DNA of 63,400 nucleotides, filler included, from Octopus bimaculoides (GCF_001194135.2; 5 parts of 3 records of this genome joined end to end with filler, not necessarily neighbours in it); one strand, 5' to 3'. Shown: positions 37,209 through 51,982, counted from the whole stretch's first letter. Notes: generated by a model from the letters alone, not told the origin. Program-made: numbers and translations.

Positions 37209-37251
37209 CAGACGTACATATATGTGCGTACATGTATATACACATACATGC

Positions 37252-37289
<38 letters not shown>

Positions 37290-37499
37290 ATTTATATATA
37301 CATACATACATTATCTACCCATACACATGTAAATAAATAAATTTGATGCTAAAATAATTATAGTTTAGTATTCAGATTTGGTGATTATTTTAGAAGAGAC
37401 ATTTCTACAGTTATATTCATAGAATATGCCAGTTTGAGGGGAGGGGCAGGTTTGGGTTTGTCGGTAAATGCTAATGGCTTTGCTGTCATTGCTTGTTAT

Positions 37500-38560
37500 T
37501 GTTTATTTTTAGGCTGTCAAACTGGAACACAAAACAGCAGAAACTGTTCGTAATACGAAGCAAGCATTTTGCCAGGGGATCCTCAACAAACGCTCAGCGA
37601 TATTGTTTTTAAATTTCTATTCTAGAGACGAATGCTTTGAAAATGAGAAAGATCACGAACAACACTTTTGTAAAGTGAGATGGACCTATTGACGTTTCAT
37701 GCAAAACAACTTTTAAAAAATTGCAGTATAATCAGCCGTTGAGTGTCTGACAGTCGTTGGATACATTTGCACCGCATTCGAAAGTCAAAAACGCTCGAGA
37801 AACAGTTTCAAAAGCAGATATGTTCTCCTTTCTCCTAAGGGGAACGATCTATTTCTTGATTCCATTGTAAGATTCGATCAAATATGGACCCCGTTTGAAA
37901 ACCAGTGGTGTTTGGCGCAGTAAGTGGACAGAGGCGAAGCACCAAAACAGTGTCCAGACTAAAGCTTTGTGAAGCATTTATAGGAGTGTTTCTCAACATT
38001 GTTTTTTTCCTATGGATCCCTGTGATTCCTATCTTACTTGTACGAAACCCCATAGCCATTCAAACTTTAAAAAATCCTATCACATTTTTATTAACGAAAT
38101 ATTATTAAGAATTGCATAAAACCATTGCTAAAATATTTTGTTTCATACAGAAGTGTAACCAATTTATTACAGATAAATTTTAACAACAAAATCATATGTG
38201 AACTCCGCCCAAGGTCCGTGTGGACCCCGGCTGAAAGCCACTTGACTATAATCACTCGTTGGCGACCGTCAAGAAGAATCGTCTACTACCAATTCTTGAA
38301 TCCTAGCGAGACTATCGCGACAAGAACGTTACCAGGAAATCAATAAAACGAAGCAAGAACTGAAACATTTAACCAGCATTGGGCAATAGAAAAGATCCAT
38401 TTGTGTCCATGACAACGTCCGACCACATGGCTCTACATGATAACTGCTGAAATTAAAGAAAACGGAGACCCTCCCCATCCACCACATCTAGAACTCTCAG
38501 CAACTGGCAGCCATTTTTACAAATATCTCGATATCTTCCGGCAAAAAAAAAAGTAAAGAT
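37500..38560 (+). mobile_element. Decayed mariner transposase interrupted by MITEs
   Basis: VKLEHKTAETVRNTKQAF (HTH region), DRGEAPK, IVYYQFLNPSETI, degenerate HDN.RPH-like and PHPP motifs; stops and frameshifts. Confidence 0.8.
37984..38243. mobile_element. hAT MITE, same family as 12295-12551 (a further partial 3' end at ~37880-37907)
   Basis: GAGTGTTTCTCAAC / GGCTGAAAGCCACTT ends and an alignable interior; TSD decayed. Confidence 0.75.
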
Positions 38561-38569
38561 ATAGTGAAG

Positions 38570-39065
38570 AAGCGTAACTTAGTGGTTGGGGTATTACACT
38601 CACAACTGAAAGATCGTAGTTTCGATTCCTGGCGAGTTGTGTTCTTGAGCAATTCACACTTCATTTCATGGCGGTGAGTTGGCAGAAACGTTAGCACGCC
38701 GGGCGAAATGCATAGCGGTATTTCGTCTGCCTTTACGTTCTGAGTTCAAATTCCGCCGAGGTCGGCTTTGCCTTTCATCCCTTCAGGGTCGATAAATTAA
38801 GTACCACTTGCGTACTGGTTTCGATCTAATCGACTGGATCCCTCCCCCACAACTTCGGGCCTTGTGTCTAGAATAGGAAAGAATTTCACACTTCATTTCA
38901 CGCTGCCCTGCCATCACTTCCACATCTGACGCATGACACACCGTGCACCTGTTCAGGTAATGTCGATTTGATGGATGACATGGGCTAGTGTACAGCACAA
39001 ACATTTGATCCCTATAAACAAATAATCTGGTGCAGATTCAGCAAGAAATTTCAGAACCCTCATCT
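38570..39065 (+). mobile_element. SINE nested in a SINE: a young element (38669-38884) inside an older one
   Basis: 16-bp TSD TTCACACTTCATTTCA at 38653-38668 and 38885-38900. Confidence 0.88.
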
Positions 39066-39754
39066 GTCTTCTATGAAATAAAGTCCGCTACATAAACCCA
39101 TATAAACAGATCTCGTATCGCTTCTATGTAGGTGTGCTTCTATGCATGTTATTGCCCTGATCTCTGGTTCTAGGCGAGACCATCGCGTCAAGTTTTTTTT
39201 ATACGAGATTACATTGTCCAGATGCATTTTAAAATACATTTCTCGCAAAGGAGATTTGTTAAAATATGTATTTTGCTGCTATTTCTTGCAGGTTGCGTGA
39301 CTACAAAGAGAGAACGTTTTCCGTTTGGCTTGTGTAGTTTTGAGGCAGATGCCACAACAATTGATAGACAGAAAATTCTGTGTGTGCGTGTGTGTGTGTG
39401 TATGCTTTGTGTATTTGTGCGTAAGTGTACGTGAGTGTGTGTATGTGCATGTGTGTGTTTGTAGGTCAGCTGAGAGAAAGTGTAATCTAGAGAAAGTGAT
39501 CGATGAATATAGATAAAACACGGTAAGGCTAATAAACAGGAGATGATCAGGCACTCACACAAAGACACGAATACAGACTCACTCACACACACACAGATGG
39601 GGAGAAAACAGTTGTGATATAAATAAATTAATACATGGTTGGGCAGGGTAAATAGGTGGGGAGGTTGCTGAGTTAATGCGTAAGATGGTGCACATGCATA
39701 CATACACAAATACATATATACACACATAGAAACACGCATATATACACATACATA

Positions 39755-40545
39755 TTCTTTTATTTTTTTACTTGTTTCAGTCATTTGACTGCGGCCATGC
39801 TGGAGCACCACTTTTAGTCGAAGATATCGATCCCAGGACTTATTCTTTGTAAGCCTGGTACTTATTCCATCGGTCTCTTTTGCCGAACCGCTGTTACGGG
39901 GACGTAAATACACTAGCATCGGTTGTCAAGCAATGGAGGGTGGACAAACACACACACACTAAAATATATATATACACGACAGGCTTCTTTCAGTTTCCGT
40001 CGTCTACCAAATCCACAAGTGTTTGATCGGCCTGAGGCTATAGTAGAAGACACTTGCTCAAAGTGCCATGCAGTGGGACTGAACCCGGGACCATGTGGCT
40101 GGCAAGCAAGCTACTTACCATACAGCTACGCCTACAGCATTTTTTACTTCTTGTTTCGGCCATCAGAGGGTGGCCATGCTGGGGCACCGCCTTGAAGAAT
40201 TTTGTCGAGTGACTCGACCGTAGCACTTAATCTTTTTTCTTAAGTCTGGTACTTATTCTATCGATCTCTATAGCCGAACCGCCAGTTACGCTGCCGTAAA
40301 TAAACAAACCAACACCAGTTGTCAAGCGTTGGTGAGGGACAAAGATATACGCCCACCCCCACACACACACTTATACATTTACATGAGGGGCTTCTTTCAG
40401 TTTCCATTTATTAAGTCCACTCACGAGACTTTGCTCGGTACGAGTCTATAGTAGAAGAGACTTGCATGGGTTTATAGTGGGACTGAACTCGGAACCATGT
40501 GGTTGGGAAGCAAACTTCTTACTACACAGCCAGGCCTGCGCCTGG
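39755..40545 (-). mobile_element. Two full bipartite SINEs in tandem
   Basis: Each has tail, internal (CA/TA)n and head; ~39755-40135 and ~40140-40545. Confidence 0.88.
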
Positions 40546-40940
40546 CCCCATATATGCATACATTCACACACACTGATAAATAGATAGGTTGATAGGTTAA
40601 TAGATACGTAGGTTGTGAGATAGCAAGAGAGGTAGGCATTTACATAAAGATGTTTAAGAAATCAATAGTTAAATATGGTTACGCAGGTGTGTGTGTAGTC
40701 AGGTACGGAGGGAGGGAGAGAGAGAGAGAGAGAGAAGAGGGGGGGTTGCAGAGAAATCGATAGTTAAGATAGTTATGCAGGTAGCGAGATTAAAGCACGA
40801 CAAGTTGACTGACTAATGGATAGGATTATTACATACATAGCTCGTTCGATTAATCAATCGTTCTATCGATCGATATATCGATAAATAAATGGATACTCTT
40901 CCTTAAGCGTACAAACACTCATAAACACACACACACGCAC

Positions 40941-40971
<31 letters not shown>

Positions 40972-42718
40972 TNNNNNNNNNNNNNNNNNNNNNNNNNNNN
41001 NNNNNNNNNNNNNNNNNNNNNNNNNNNNNNNNNNNNNNNNNNNNNNNNNNNNNNNNNNNNNNNNNNNNNNNNNNNNNNNNNNNNNNNNNNNNNNNNNNNN
41101 NNNNNNNNNNNNNNNNNNNNNNNNNNNNNNNNNNNNNNNNNNNNNNNNNNNNNNNNNNNNNNNNNNNNNNNNNNNNNNNNNNNNNNNNNNNNNNNNNNNN
41201 NNNNNNNNNNNNNNNNNNNNNNNNNNNNNNNNNNNNNNNNNNNNNNNNNNNNNNNNNNNNNNNNNNNNNNNNNNNNNNNNNNNNNNNNNNNNNNNNNNNN
41301 NNNNNNNNNNNNNNNNNNNNNNNNNNNNNNNNNNNNNNNNNNNNNNNNNNNNNNNNNNNNNNNNNNNNNNNNNNNNNNNNNNNNNNNNNNNNNNNNNNNN
41401 NNNNNNNNNNNNNNNNNNNNNNNNNNNNNNNNNNNNNNNNNNNNNNNNNNNNNNNNNNNNNNNNNNNNNNNNNNNNNNNNNNNNNNNNNNNNNNNNNNNN
41501 NNNNNNNNNNNNNNNNNNNNNNNNNNNNNNNNNNNNNNNNNNNNNNNNNNNNNNNNNNNNNNNNNNNNNNNNNNNNNNNNNNNNNNNNNNNNNNNNNNNN
41601 NNNNNNNNNNNNNNNNNNNNNNNNNNNNNNNNNNNNNNNNNNNNNNNNNNNNNNNNNNNNNNNNNNNNNNNNNNNNNNNNNNNNNNNNNNNNNNNNNNNN
41701 NNNNNNNNNNNNNNNNNNNNNNNNNNNNNNNNNNNNNNNNNNNNNNNNNNNNNNNNNNNNNNNNNNNNNNNNNNNNNNNNNNNNNNNNNNNNNNNNNNNN
41801 NNNNNNNNNNNNNNNNNNNNNNNNNNNNNNNNNNNNNNNNNNNNNNNNNNNNNNNNNNNNNNNNNNNNNNNNNNNNNNNNNNNNNNNNNNNNNNNNNNNN
41901 NNNNNNNNNNNNNNNNNNNNNNNNNNNNNNNNNNNNNNNNNNNNNNNNNNNNNNNNNTATATTTATATTATATACATATATATATATATAAATGTTCTTC
42001 AAATATTATCGAAATATCTTAAATAAGATTGGATAATAAATTTACGAATATTGGAAAAGCTGAAATTGGAACGCCATTCTTATTATTCAGAAACGTTACA
42101 TTTGAAAACTGACTGAAAATTTGGCATTTCAAGAAGGGATAAGCGGAACATACTAATCTAAACAACAAAAAGAGACATCTGGTTAAGTGCAATGTGCCTC
42201 ATATAAAAAGACAAGACTTTGAAGATTTAGGAGGAAGAACGAGAGAGGGGTGATGCCTTTACTAACAGAAAAACCGACCAAATAACTTGGCTATGTGTTT
42301 AGGACAATTTACAGTAGGCAAGCATAATGCTGCTAAAAACATGCAGCAACCCACGCCAAATTACTTCATCCTGAAGATGCGACTTCGAATGCCTAGACAT
42401 TTTGATGTTCAAAATAAAGTGCAAGGATCTTTCTTATATGAAAATATACCAAAAATAAAAAATAAAGGAAAAAAAATCTTTATTAAAAACGATAAAACTA
42501 ACAATAGCGTATTTTAAATAAGACATTTTGTGAAAAGAAAAGTTGCGACTCTTACATACATACATATACACTCACATACGTATAATTACATTGAGTGTGA
42601 CTTCGAAACCGAATGTATGCTTTATTCAATGTGATCAGTTTGAATAACTCATATCACAGGCAAAGCTTTGAATCCACTGTCAAAAAAATTATAAATGCAT
42701 AAAAAACACCCATTTTAC

Positions 42719-42763
<45 letters not shown>

Positions 42764-43359
42764 CTACATACATACGTACAAAAATAAACATGCACACATT
42801 TATTTATAGAACAATAAAATGAGCCAACATAATAAACGTTTGTTTTTGTATACGAAAAACCCGAACAGACGTACGAGAGTGACTTATAAGACGCGTAGCT
42901 ATTCTATTGTTTCTTTCTATCGTCTGGCTTGCTTAGAATATCGTCAATGCTTAATGGAATGAAATGAATGGGAGAAGGAATATAAGGAATGCCAAAGACG
43001 TTTTAAAACATGATTTTTACTAAAGAAAAGATAAGATAAATTTTTTTAAAAATATATATCTGTCAAAATTCATCGAGTTTTTTATTCGTCATAAATGCGA
43101 TATAGACGGAAACAGAAATAGAAGTTTGATTGAGTGTGATGGCCAACGCCTTTATAAATATTAGTTATTGCAGTTTCAGGTGAATGAACTCTTCTGCTCT
43201 CGTAAATGGGTTTTTGGAAGTAATTTTCTGTTTGTGCGTGAGATTGTGTTTTTATTGTATGCGTTTATCAAAAGATGACAGCGTACTCTCTCTGCGTTTG
43301 GTTGGGTGGATCACAATTGAGTCGGGTATCAGAGAATGTTTCATCTATATTTTAAATAT

Positions 43360-43960
43360 TTTACTAGTTTTAGTCAATCAGCTTGCGGTCATACTGGAGC
43401 ATAACCTTGAAGATTTTTTAGTTGAACGAACCGCCCAAGTATTTATTTTTTCGTATTTATTCTATAGGTCTCTTTTACCGAAGCGCTAAGTTACGGGAAC
43501 GTAACACTGGTTGTTAAGCGGTGGGGAAGGGGGTGGTAAACACAGAAACAAAACACACACACACACATGCACACACACATGCACACACACATGCATACAC
43601 ACATCTATATCTATCTATCAATGTATCTATATACGTAGAGAGGTCGACTTTGCCTTTCATCCTTTCGGGGTCGATAAATTAAGTCTCAGTTGCGCACTGG
43701 AGTCGATGTAATCGACTTGCCCCCTCCCCCAAAATTTCGGGCCTTGTGCCTAGAGTAGAAAAGAATCATTTGCACACCGGGCGAAATGCTTAGCAGCATT
43801 TCATCCGTGTTTACGTTCTGAGTTCAAATTGCGCCGAGATCGACCTTGCCATTCATCCTCCCGGAATCGATAAAATAAGTACCAGTTGAACACTGAGGTC
43901 GGTGAAATCAAGTTACCCCCTTCCTCGAAATTTCTGGCCTTGTGTCAAAATTTGAAACTA
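43360..43960. mobile_element. SINE cluster (one minus-strand tail, two plus-strand GTCGACTTTGCCTTTCATCC copies)
   Basis: Matches families elsewhere in the window. Confidence 0.8.
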
Positions 43961-44222
43961 ATATATATATCTATGTACCTATCTCACTACCTATTCACCT
44001 GTCTGTCTGTCTGTCTATCTGTCAGTCAATCTCACTGCTTACACCGAGTTATGGCTTCTACGTTATATATATATTAACGGTAATTCACCATGCTGTCTAT
44101 TGATTACAAATTCTTGGCAAATCATCTATTTTTATCGGCTTCATTCCTTCAAGGTACATCAAAAATTGCCTTTAGCAACAGCAAATAAAAGACGAAATCA
44201 TATGTATTTATGTATGTATACA

Positions 44223-44344
44223 ACCATGCTCATATACGCATTATAACATTATATATATATATATAATGTTATNNNNNNNNNNNNNNNNNNNNNNNNNNNN
44301 NNNNNTATATATATATATATTATAATGCGTATATGAGCATGGTT
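44223..44344. repeat. AT-rich palindrome centred on a small gap
   Basis: ACCATGCTCATATACGCATTATAA ... TTATAATGCGTATATGAGCATGGT; inner palindrome ATAACATTATATATATATATATAATGTTAT. Confidence 0.8.
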
Positions 44345-45805
44345 CTTGTTAAGGTTCTCATGAAGCCTTAAGATGCAGCGCTCATTTCAAGGGGTACTAT
44401 TCCCTATACTTGAAATAGCTGTAAGCAACCAAATGTGATAACGTAATTTCTTTAGTCATCTCTCTCTCTTTTTCTCTCTGTCTCTCTCTCTCTCCACACA
44501 CACACACACTATACACACACACACACACACATATATATGTAGGGAGAGAGAGAGAGGGGGGAATAAAAGGTAATTTCAGCGAAAGGGAACTTAATGCAAA
44601 TGTGTGTTATGAAATACATGAATTATGCTTCGGTTCCATTATAATTAATAGTTTCACCTAAATTTAAAACAAAAAAAAAATACAGGAATGGAATCGGATT
44701 TGAAGATAAATGACTATTGATTAAACGGAGTCTGTGAAACCATTGGAGTGAGTTGAACCATTACCGATCAATAAAAAAACACACGCGCACACACGTATGT
44801 ATGTATGTATGTACGTAAGGGCATAAGAACACATCAGCAGTCAGCGGCCATCAAAGGACAAGTGTATGTATGTATGCATGTGCGGGAACGTGGAAATACC
44901 TGGGTTGGTGCCCAGACGCGCAGATGGCCCACTGGGAGTGGGAAGATTCTCTGTCCATGTCATAGTATCTTTCAAGTAGAGGGAAACTCTGAGAGAAAAT
45001 CTGCGACACTGACAATGGTCAATGACGTAGACTAGTTCTTCTTTTTGAGTTTAGGCTGTCCATGTTCAGAGAGTAGGATTGGATTTGTGCAAATCTTTTC
45101 CCCCTATAAAAAAGTCATCATGCACAGGCGTCAATTGAAAAAAAGGTAAGACCTATCACAAAAATGGCTGGTCGTAGCCTTCACATGTACGCCTTTTTCG
45201 ATCAGGCGATGGCAATATCCGAACCCGAGTATGAAGCCACCATCATGTATGTATGTATGTATGTATTATGTATGTGCTAATATGAAACGGTGAACGTTTG
45301 TGTTTATAAATGAAGACATAATAAGCACTAGACAGAGTACATTGTTGATTTGCTAAATTCATCTGCAAACGAATAAGCGTGACAATATATAAACAAAAAT
45401 ATTCACTAACACATCAAGAAATTAGTCATCCGCATTTGATTCTTCTCTAAAATTCAATAGATTGACATATAACGCTTTATATAAAGTTTTCGAGATGACA
45501 GTTAAAAACAAATGCAGACAATTCATCGTATTTCGATGTTTACGAATATTTTTGCTGCTATATTGTTACGCTACTTTTCTTTCACAATTCTCCCTAGAAA
45601 AATTTTTAAAAACCTCGGCTTACAATAACAATAGGCACAAATTTTTTGACACAGGGCCAACAATTTCGGGGAAGAGGGAATGTTGACTCAGGGCCAGGGA
45701 GTTTAGACGAATAGGATAGTCCATTACATCGAATAAAGTACTTAGGCGATACTTTATTTTATCGACTCCCAAAGTATATATACACACACACACACACACA
45801 AACAT

Positions 45806-45888
<83 letters not shown>

Positions 45889-45956
45889 TGTATATAAACA
45901 TATACGTATATATATGTATGTATGTATAAAAATACATACATACATATTTGTGCACG

Positions 45957-46064
<108 letters not shown>

Positions 46065-46388
46065 GGTACACACACACACACGTGGGTTTTTTCTTACTGC
46101 TGCATTCTTAATCACGTGCTAGATGCATTTTACATGAACTGCAATACATATTATACATGCCGTATATTGCCGAAATTTCTCCATGCAATCCGCTGTGTGT
46201 GTGTGTATGAGAAGAAGAAAAAGTGTGCCATAGAGTTTGGTATGTGTGTGATATGAATGTGTAACGTATAGGAGATGGAAGTCCATTCTTCTTTGCAACT
46301 TTGTGACGGTACAAGCAATTCAGAATGAACATAGTAACTGGGTATTTATATGTATATGCATCCGTGTGTATGTCTGTATGTGTATGAA

Positions 46389-46428
<40 letters not shown>

Positions 46429-47410
46429 NNNNNNNNNNNNNNNNNNNNNNNNNNNNNNNNNNNNNNNNNNNNNNNNNNNNNNNNNNNNNNNNNNNNNNNN
46501 NNNNNNNNNNNNNNNNNNNNNNNNNNNNNNNNNNNNNNNNNNNNNNNNNNNNNNNNNNNNNNNNNNNNNNNNNNNNNNNNNNNNNNNNNNNNNNNNNNNN
46601 NNNNNNNNNNNNNNNNNNNNNNNNNNNNNNNNNNNNNNNNNNNNNNNNNNNNNNNNNNNNNNNNNNNNNNNNNNNNNNNNNNNNNNNNNNNNNNNNNNNN
46701 NNNNNNNNNNNNNNNNNNNNNNNNNNNNNNNNNNNNNNNNNNNNNNNNNNNNNNNNNNNNNNNNNNNNNNNNNNNNNNNNNNNNNNNNNNNNNNNNNNNN
46801 NNNNNNNNNNNNNNNNNNNNNNNNNNNNNNNNNNNNNNNNNNNNNNNNNNNNNNNNNNNNNNNNNNNNNNNNNNNNNNNNNNNNNNNNNNNNNNNNNNNN
46901 NNNNNNNNNNNNNNNNNNNNNNNNNNNNNNNNNNNNNNNNNNNNNNNNNNNNNNNNNNNNNNNNNNNNNNNNNNNNNNNNNNNNNNNNNNNNNNNNNNNN
47001 NNNNNNNNNNNNNNNNNNNNNNNNNNNNNNNNNNNNNNNNNNNNNNNNNNNNNNNNNNNNNNNNNNNNNNNNNNNNNNNNNNNNNNNNNNNNNNNNNNNN
47101 NNNNNNNNNNNNNNNNNNNNNNNNNNNNNNNNNNNNNNNNNNNNNNNNNNNNNNNNNNNNNNNNNNNNNNNNNNNNNNNNNNNNNNNNNNNNNNNNNNNN
47201 NNNTTTTTCTTAAATGCACGCATCCACATGTGTGTGTGTGTGTGTGTGTACATTTTCTGTACAAATTCCCAAAGAAACATCGTTCTCTCTGAGTGGTACT
47301 TTCTCAGTCTCTGCAACAAAATATGAATGGATATATTTAGATGTTTTTCAACGTGGAACATGTACACCTACACAGGCATACATGCAAAGATGATATACAC
47401 TCAATTTTTC

Positions 47411-47441
<31 letters not shown>

Positions 47442-47827
47442 TCGTTTATATGCATGTTTCCATGTTTTTCCACAGAGACGCTCAGGAAAAAGAAACCCAT
47501 TTGAATGCAAAGTTATTCTTACATAGATGTCTGCTGCATAGATATTGACGTATGCATGCGGGGTTCGATCGTACGTATTGCAAATCAACGCTTACACAAC
47601 AGACGTGCGAGCTATCGTCTGCTATCAACTCATTGCAGTGTTGTCAAGCGTTGTGCAGTAGTGTGCGCCATTGTGCAGCAGTGGCAACGGTAATTCGTGC
47701 GTTTTTCTATCGTCTGTCTGACTGTATGTGCATGCGTGTAAGAGGAGGTGGAAGAAGAAGAAGAAGAAGAAGAAGAAGAAGAAGAAGAAGAAGAAGAAGA
47801 ACAACAACAACAACAACAACAACAACA

Positions 47828-47858
<31 letters not shown>

Positions 47859-48496
47859 TCAATAGATTCTCAGATATTTCGGTGTATTTCAGCCGTGTAA
47901 TATCATAGACATATATTTCAGTTTTAAAGTCTCTTTCCGCAAACACANNNNNNNNNNNNNNNNNNNNNNNNNNNNNNNNNNNNNNNNNNNNNNNNNNNNN
48001 NNNNNNNNNNNNNNNNNNNNNNNNNNNNNNNNNNNNNNNNNNNNNNNNNNNNNNNNNNNNNNNNNNNNNNNNNNNNNNNNNNNNNNNNNNNNNNNNNNNN
48101 NNNNNNNNNNNNNNNNNNNNNNNNNNNNNNNNNNNNNNNNNNNNNNNNNNNNNNNNNNNNNNNNNNNNNNNNNNNNNNNNNNNNNNNNNNNNNNNNNNNN
48201 NNNNNNNNNNNNNNNNNNNNNNNNNNNNNNNNNNNNNNNNNNNNNNNNNNNNNNNNNNNNNNNNNNNNNNNNNNNNNNNNNNNNNNNNNNNNNNNNNNNN
48301 NNNNNNNNNNNNNNNNNNNNNNNNNNNNNNNNNNNNNNNNNNNNNNNNNNNNNNNNNNNNNNNNNNNNNNNNNNNNNNNNNNNNNNNNNNNNNNNNNNNN
48401 NNNNNNNNNNNNNNNNNNNNNNNNNNNNNNNNNTATATATATATATATATATATATATGTCAATGCATTCCACTTCTCTCAAGTACGTGTAGATAA

Positions 48497-48559
<63 letters not shown>

Positions 48560-51133
48560 CACCCCTACTAATACTACTCTCTTTCAACTGTAACACGCTA
48601 ATTCAACTTTCTTCTGTCGAATCCACACAAAGGTTTCTCTCAAATATTTCAAATTCTCTTTCTCTCTCTCTCTCTCTCACACACTCACTCACTCTCCCTC
48701 CCTTCCTCTCTCTCCTCTCTTATCTCTGTCTTTTCGTACGGATATTTTCCTTTATTCTTGTACATCTTTCAGCCCCTGTATAATAACTTCATAGTATCTT
48801 AGTAGCACAAGCGCGAACACGCGCATGCGCGTGTGTATGTGAGAGTGCATGCGCCTTTATTTGCTTGTGTGTTCGTGTGCGTGATATCTGAGTTTCTGAG
48901 TATGGAAATACTCTAGAAGTATTCCGAACTTCGTAAGCAAACACTCAGGCACAACATTATCTCTCTGTCTAATCTAATATACCACTCATAGCTATATCTG
49001 CATGCATCATACGTAAAGGTACACACATGTCGTTACATACAAGCAAATCCTAGTCTGGCTTTCAATAGAAGATACTTCCCTCAAGTGCCATGCAGTGGGA
49101 CTGAACCAAAGACCACATGGTTGAAAAGCAAGCTTCTTAACCACATAGCCACGTCTACACTCCACCCACTCAAATTTTACATTCTGATTTCGAATTCTGC
49201 CACCACCAAATATTTCCTTTCACATCTCCCCAGCACTGAGATTACGCTCGGTTGGTTGTACACCTGTTTCTGTACATACATATACCATTATGCTAATGTG
49301 AGAAAACACTATTTTGATAAATTCCTCATTTTACCTTTTACCATTATTTCTACATGCGTTCCAGTATAGCTCTATCTATATGCGTGCTTTTATTTCTTAG
49401 CTATTCTAAATAACAGACTCCAAGCCAGAAACAATGCTTTTGTTTTGGAATTTGGGCAACATAGGTATTTATGTGTGTTTTTTTTCTATTTCTATTTTTA
49501 ACTATTTAAATTCTTTCTGTTACAAATTATCTAGCTTCTAACAAAGATACAAAGCTCCATCTTTGGAATGTAGATAGCGAAAACAATGTCACATTTTGAA
49601 CCTGAGAAAAGTCTTGCATATTTTTACTGTTCCGCTTACAGATTGTATTTGTAATGTGCTAATCATTTGGCTGATTACTTTTTCTGAAGCCTCCAGCTTT
49701 TCCGGATTGTCACTTAGACATTTACTAACAAAACCAAGAGCAACCACCAATTATTACTGGTATAAATTTGAATTCATAATCCAGGTGTAGAAGTTGGGAG
49801 TTTCGAAATAGAGTCTGTAGTTATCTTATGTTTCTTTGATTTTCGAAGAGATATTTATCTGATCAGGGCAGCTGCCCCTATAACGCACATTTTTTCTCGT
49901 CTGTTCCAAACAACTATATCTTGCCTATGTTTTCAGTTGGTTCTGATGGGTTTGTTCCACCAATATTCCTTTTGTAGATGTTTAATATGCATTTATTTAG
50001 CAACAGAAGAATTCTATATTTATACCAGAAACTTTTCTGCTCTAAGCACAAAGCCCGAAATTTTGGGGGAGGGGGCCTGTCATTTAGATCGACCCCAGTA
50101 CGCAACTGGTACTTACCTTATCTAAACCCGAAAGAATGAAACACAAAGTTGACCTCGGTGGATATTTAAACCAGAAGAGTATCTATGTAGGTAGGTGAGC
50201 ACGTAGGTATATTTATGCGATTAGTCTTTAATTCTTCCTACTAGAAAGGAAGCCGGTCACTAACGGCGTTTTCGTTTTGGCCAAAACAGTTCTTGTGGTT
50301 TCTGTGAGTTCGTGCGTACGTACATGAATACATACACAGGGGTGGGTGTCTCAATATACTTCTACTTCGGTGATGTGTGTGCATGTGTGTTCTTTATGCA
50401 CACGTGATATTTTATTTTCGTACATACGCACACACACATGTGGTTCATGGTATCGACCAAGCTATCGGATGAAGTTATATATCAGCACTGGATACCACAC
50501 CTGCTTGCACCAATCAAGTACTGGGATCGATGTAGTCGACTAAAATCCCTTCGCCCCTTAAACTTTATACTATGAGCCGAAATTTGGAACTTTTGTTTCT
50601 TTAAAAAGCAAACCACCGATTTCAATTATTTCAACGGTTTGCCTTTAAAATTCCCATGAATCACAACACATGTATGTGTATGCGTACGTGCATATGTATG
50701 TGTGTGAATATGTGTGGATTGATTTCCCTCTTTATTCATTAATCATCAATTAATCTTTATTCCAATCAGTAATTAAAGTATTAGCCTCCCACCTCCTCTC
50801 CGTCCCCTTCACCATAACTTTTTATTTTCTTGTATTTTTTTTTGTTTCTTCTTTCTTCATATTCCATTAGTTTTATTTATTCAATTAATTATTTCTCTCC
50901 TTCAATTAATCCATCGTCCAATTTCCTTCTTCCTCGTTACTTCTATTCTCTCCTTCTTTACACATCTTTTTCTTTCTCCATCGTATTTTCTTGTCTGTCT
51001 GTGTGTCTGTCTGTCGCCCTCATAAATTCTTTTACACTACAATTTCTTCCTCCTCTCGTTTTGACTCAAACACATACAAAACCACACATAAGCTCACACA
51101 CACGTCTATATATATATATATATATATATATAT

Positions 51134-51233
51134 NNNNNNNNNNNNNNNNNNNNNNNNNNNNNNNNNNNNNNNNNNNNTTAATTAATTAANNNNNNNNNNN
51201 NNNNNNNNNNNNNNNNNNNNNNNNNNNNNNNNN
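51134..51233. other. Artificial scaffold-join spacer
   Basis: 44N-TTAATTAATTAA-44N. Confidence 0.95.
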
Positions 51234-51673
51234 TTATGAATTCCTAGTTTTGTGAAGAAATAGGAACAGCATTTCAACATTGGAAGAGATGAGTTACTCC
51301 CCAAACACCTTGTTTTTTTTTTGCCTGCCTGACTGCCTGTCACTTTTCATATTTGAAACTTGGTGATCCCAAGGGCACGCGAGAGTAACTTTTGGAAAGG
51401 TTGGATGTGACATGAATCATCCGATGTTCTTCATAGATAATCAGTGTGACATTCCCTCTTTTGAATGTTTCTTCCATTCCCCTACCACAACCACCACAAT
51501 CACCACTACCATCACCATCACCACTATTTCTGTCAATTTTTTCAACTACACTAGCACTACTACTACTAATAATAATAATAATAATAACAATAATAATAAT
51601 ACAACAACTACTACTACTGCTTCCAATCCTTTCCTCTCCAATACAACACCAGAAAAACGGTGACCTAACTAGC

Positions 51674-51769
51674 TTGACCAATGGAAGAAGTGTACGCAAT
51701 GGACTGACCAATGAGAGAAAAGTGTCTCATGGATTCGCCAATGAATATCAAGAAAGGTCACATGAATGA
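51674..51769 (+). repeat. Decayed 30-bp repeat with three CCAAT motifs exactly 30 bp apart
   Basis: CCAAT at 51678, 51708 and 51738. Confidence 0.65.
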
Positions 51770-51924
51770 TCACAGAAAATGAAACTGGAGTAGCAGTCAA
51801 AAAACCCTCAGTTAATTACATGAATAAACTAAACATCATGTATTGAGTACTGTCATTGCCTTAGTATAACAAACCGTAATACATCTACATTAATATTTGT
51901 GTATGCATCTACCTAGTTATGTTT

Positions 51925-51982
<58 letters not shown>

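Noticed and set aside
44890-45240. Second Tx1-like LINE relic
   Set aside because: Only faint resemblance (DGPLGV, RLS...CANLFPL); too degraded to call.
47476-47690. CpG-rich segment with acceptor and donor-like sites and Cys-rich ORFs
   Set aside because: All three frames from the acceptor hit stops; no domain recognised. Could be UTR or regulatory but this is unsupported.
49401-49464. Plus-strand 64-nt exon-like segment (ILNNRLQARNNAFVLEFGQH)
   Set aside because: Good splice sites but no recognisable product, and it hits an early stop when joined to the next acceptor.
50245-50303. Plus-strand 59-nt exon-like segment with a GTGAGT donor
   Set aside because: No motif and no partner exon; insufficient support.
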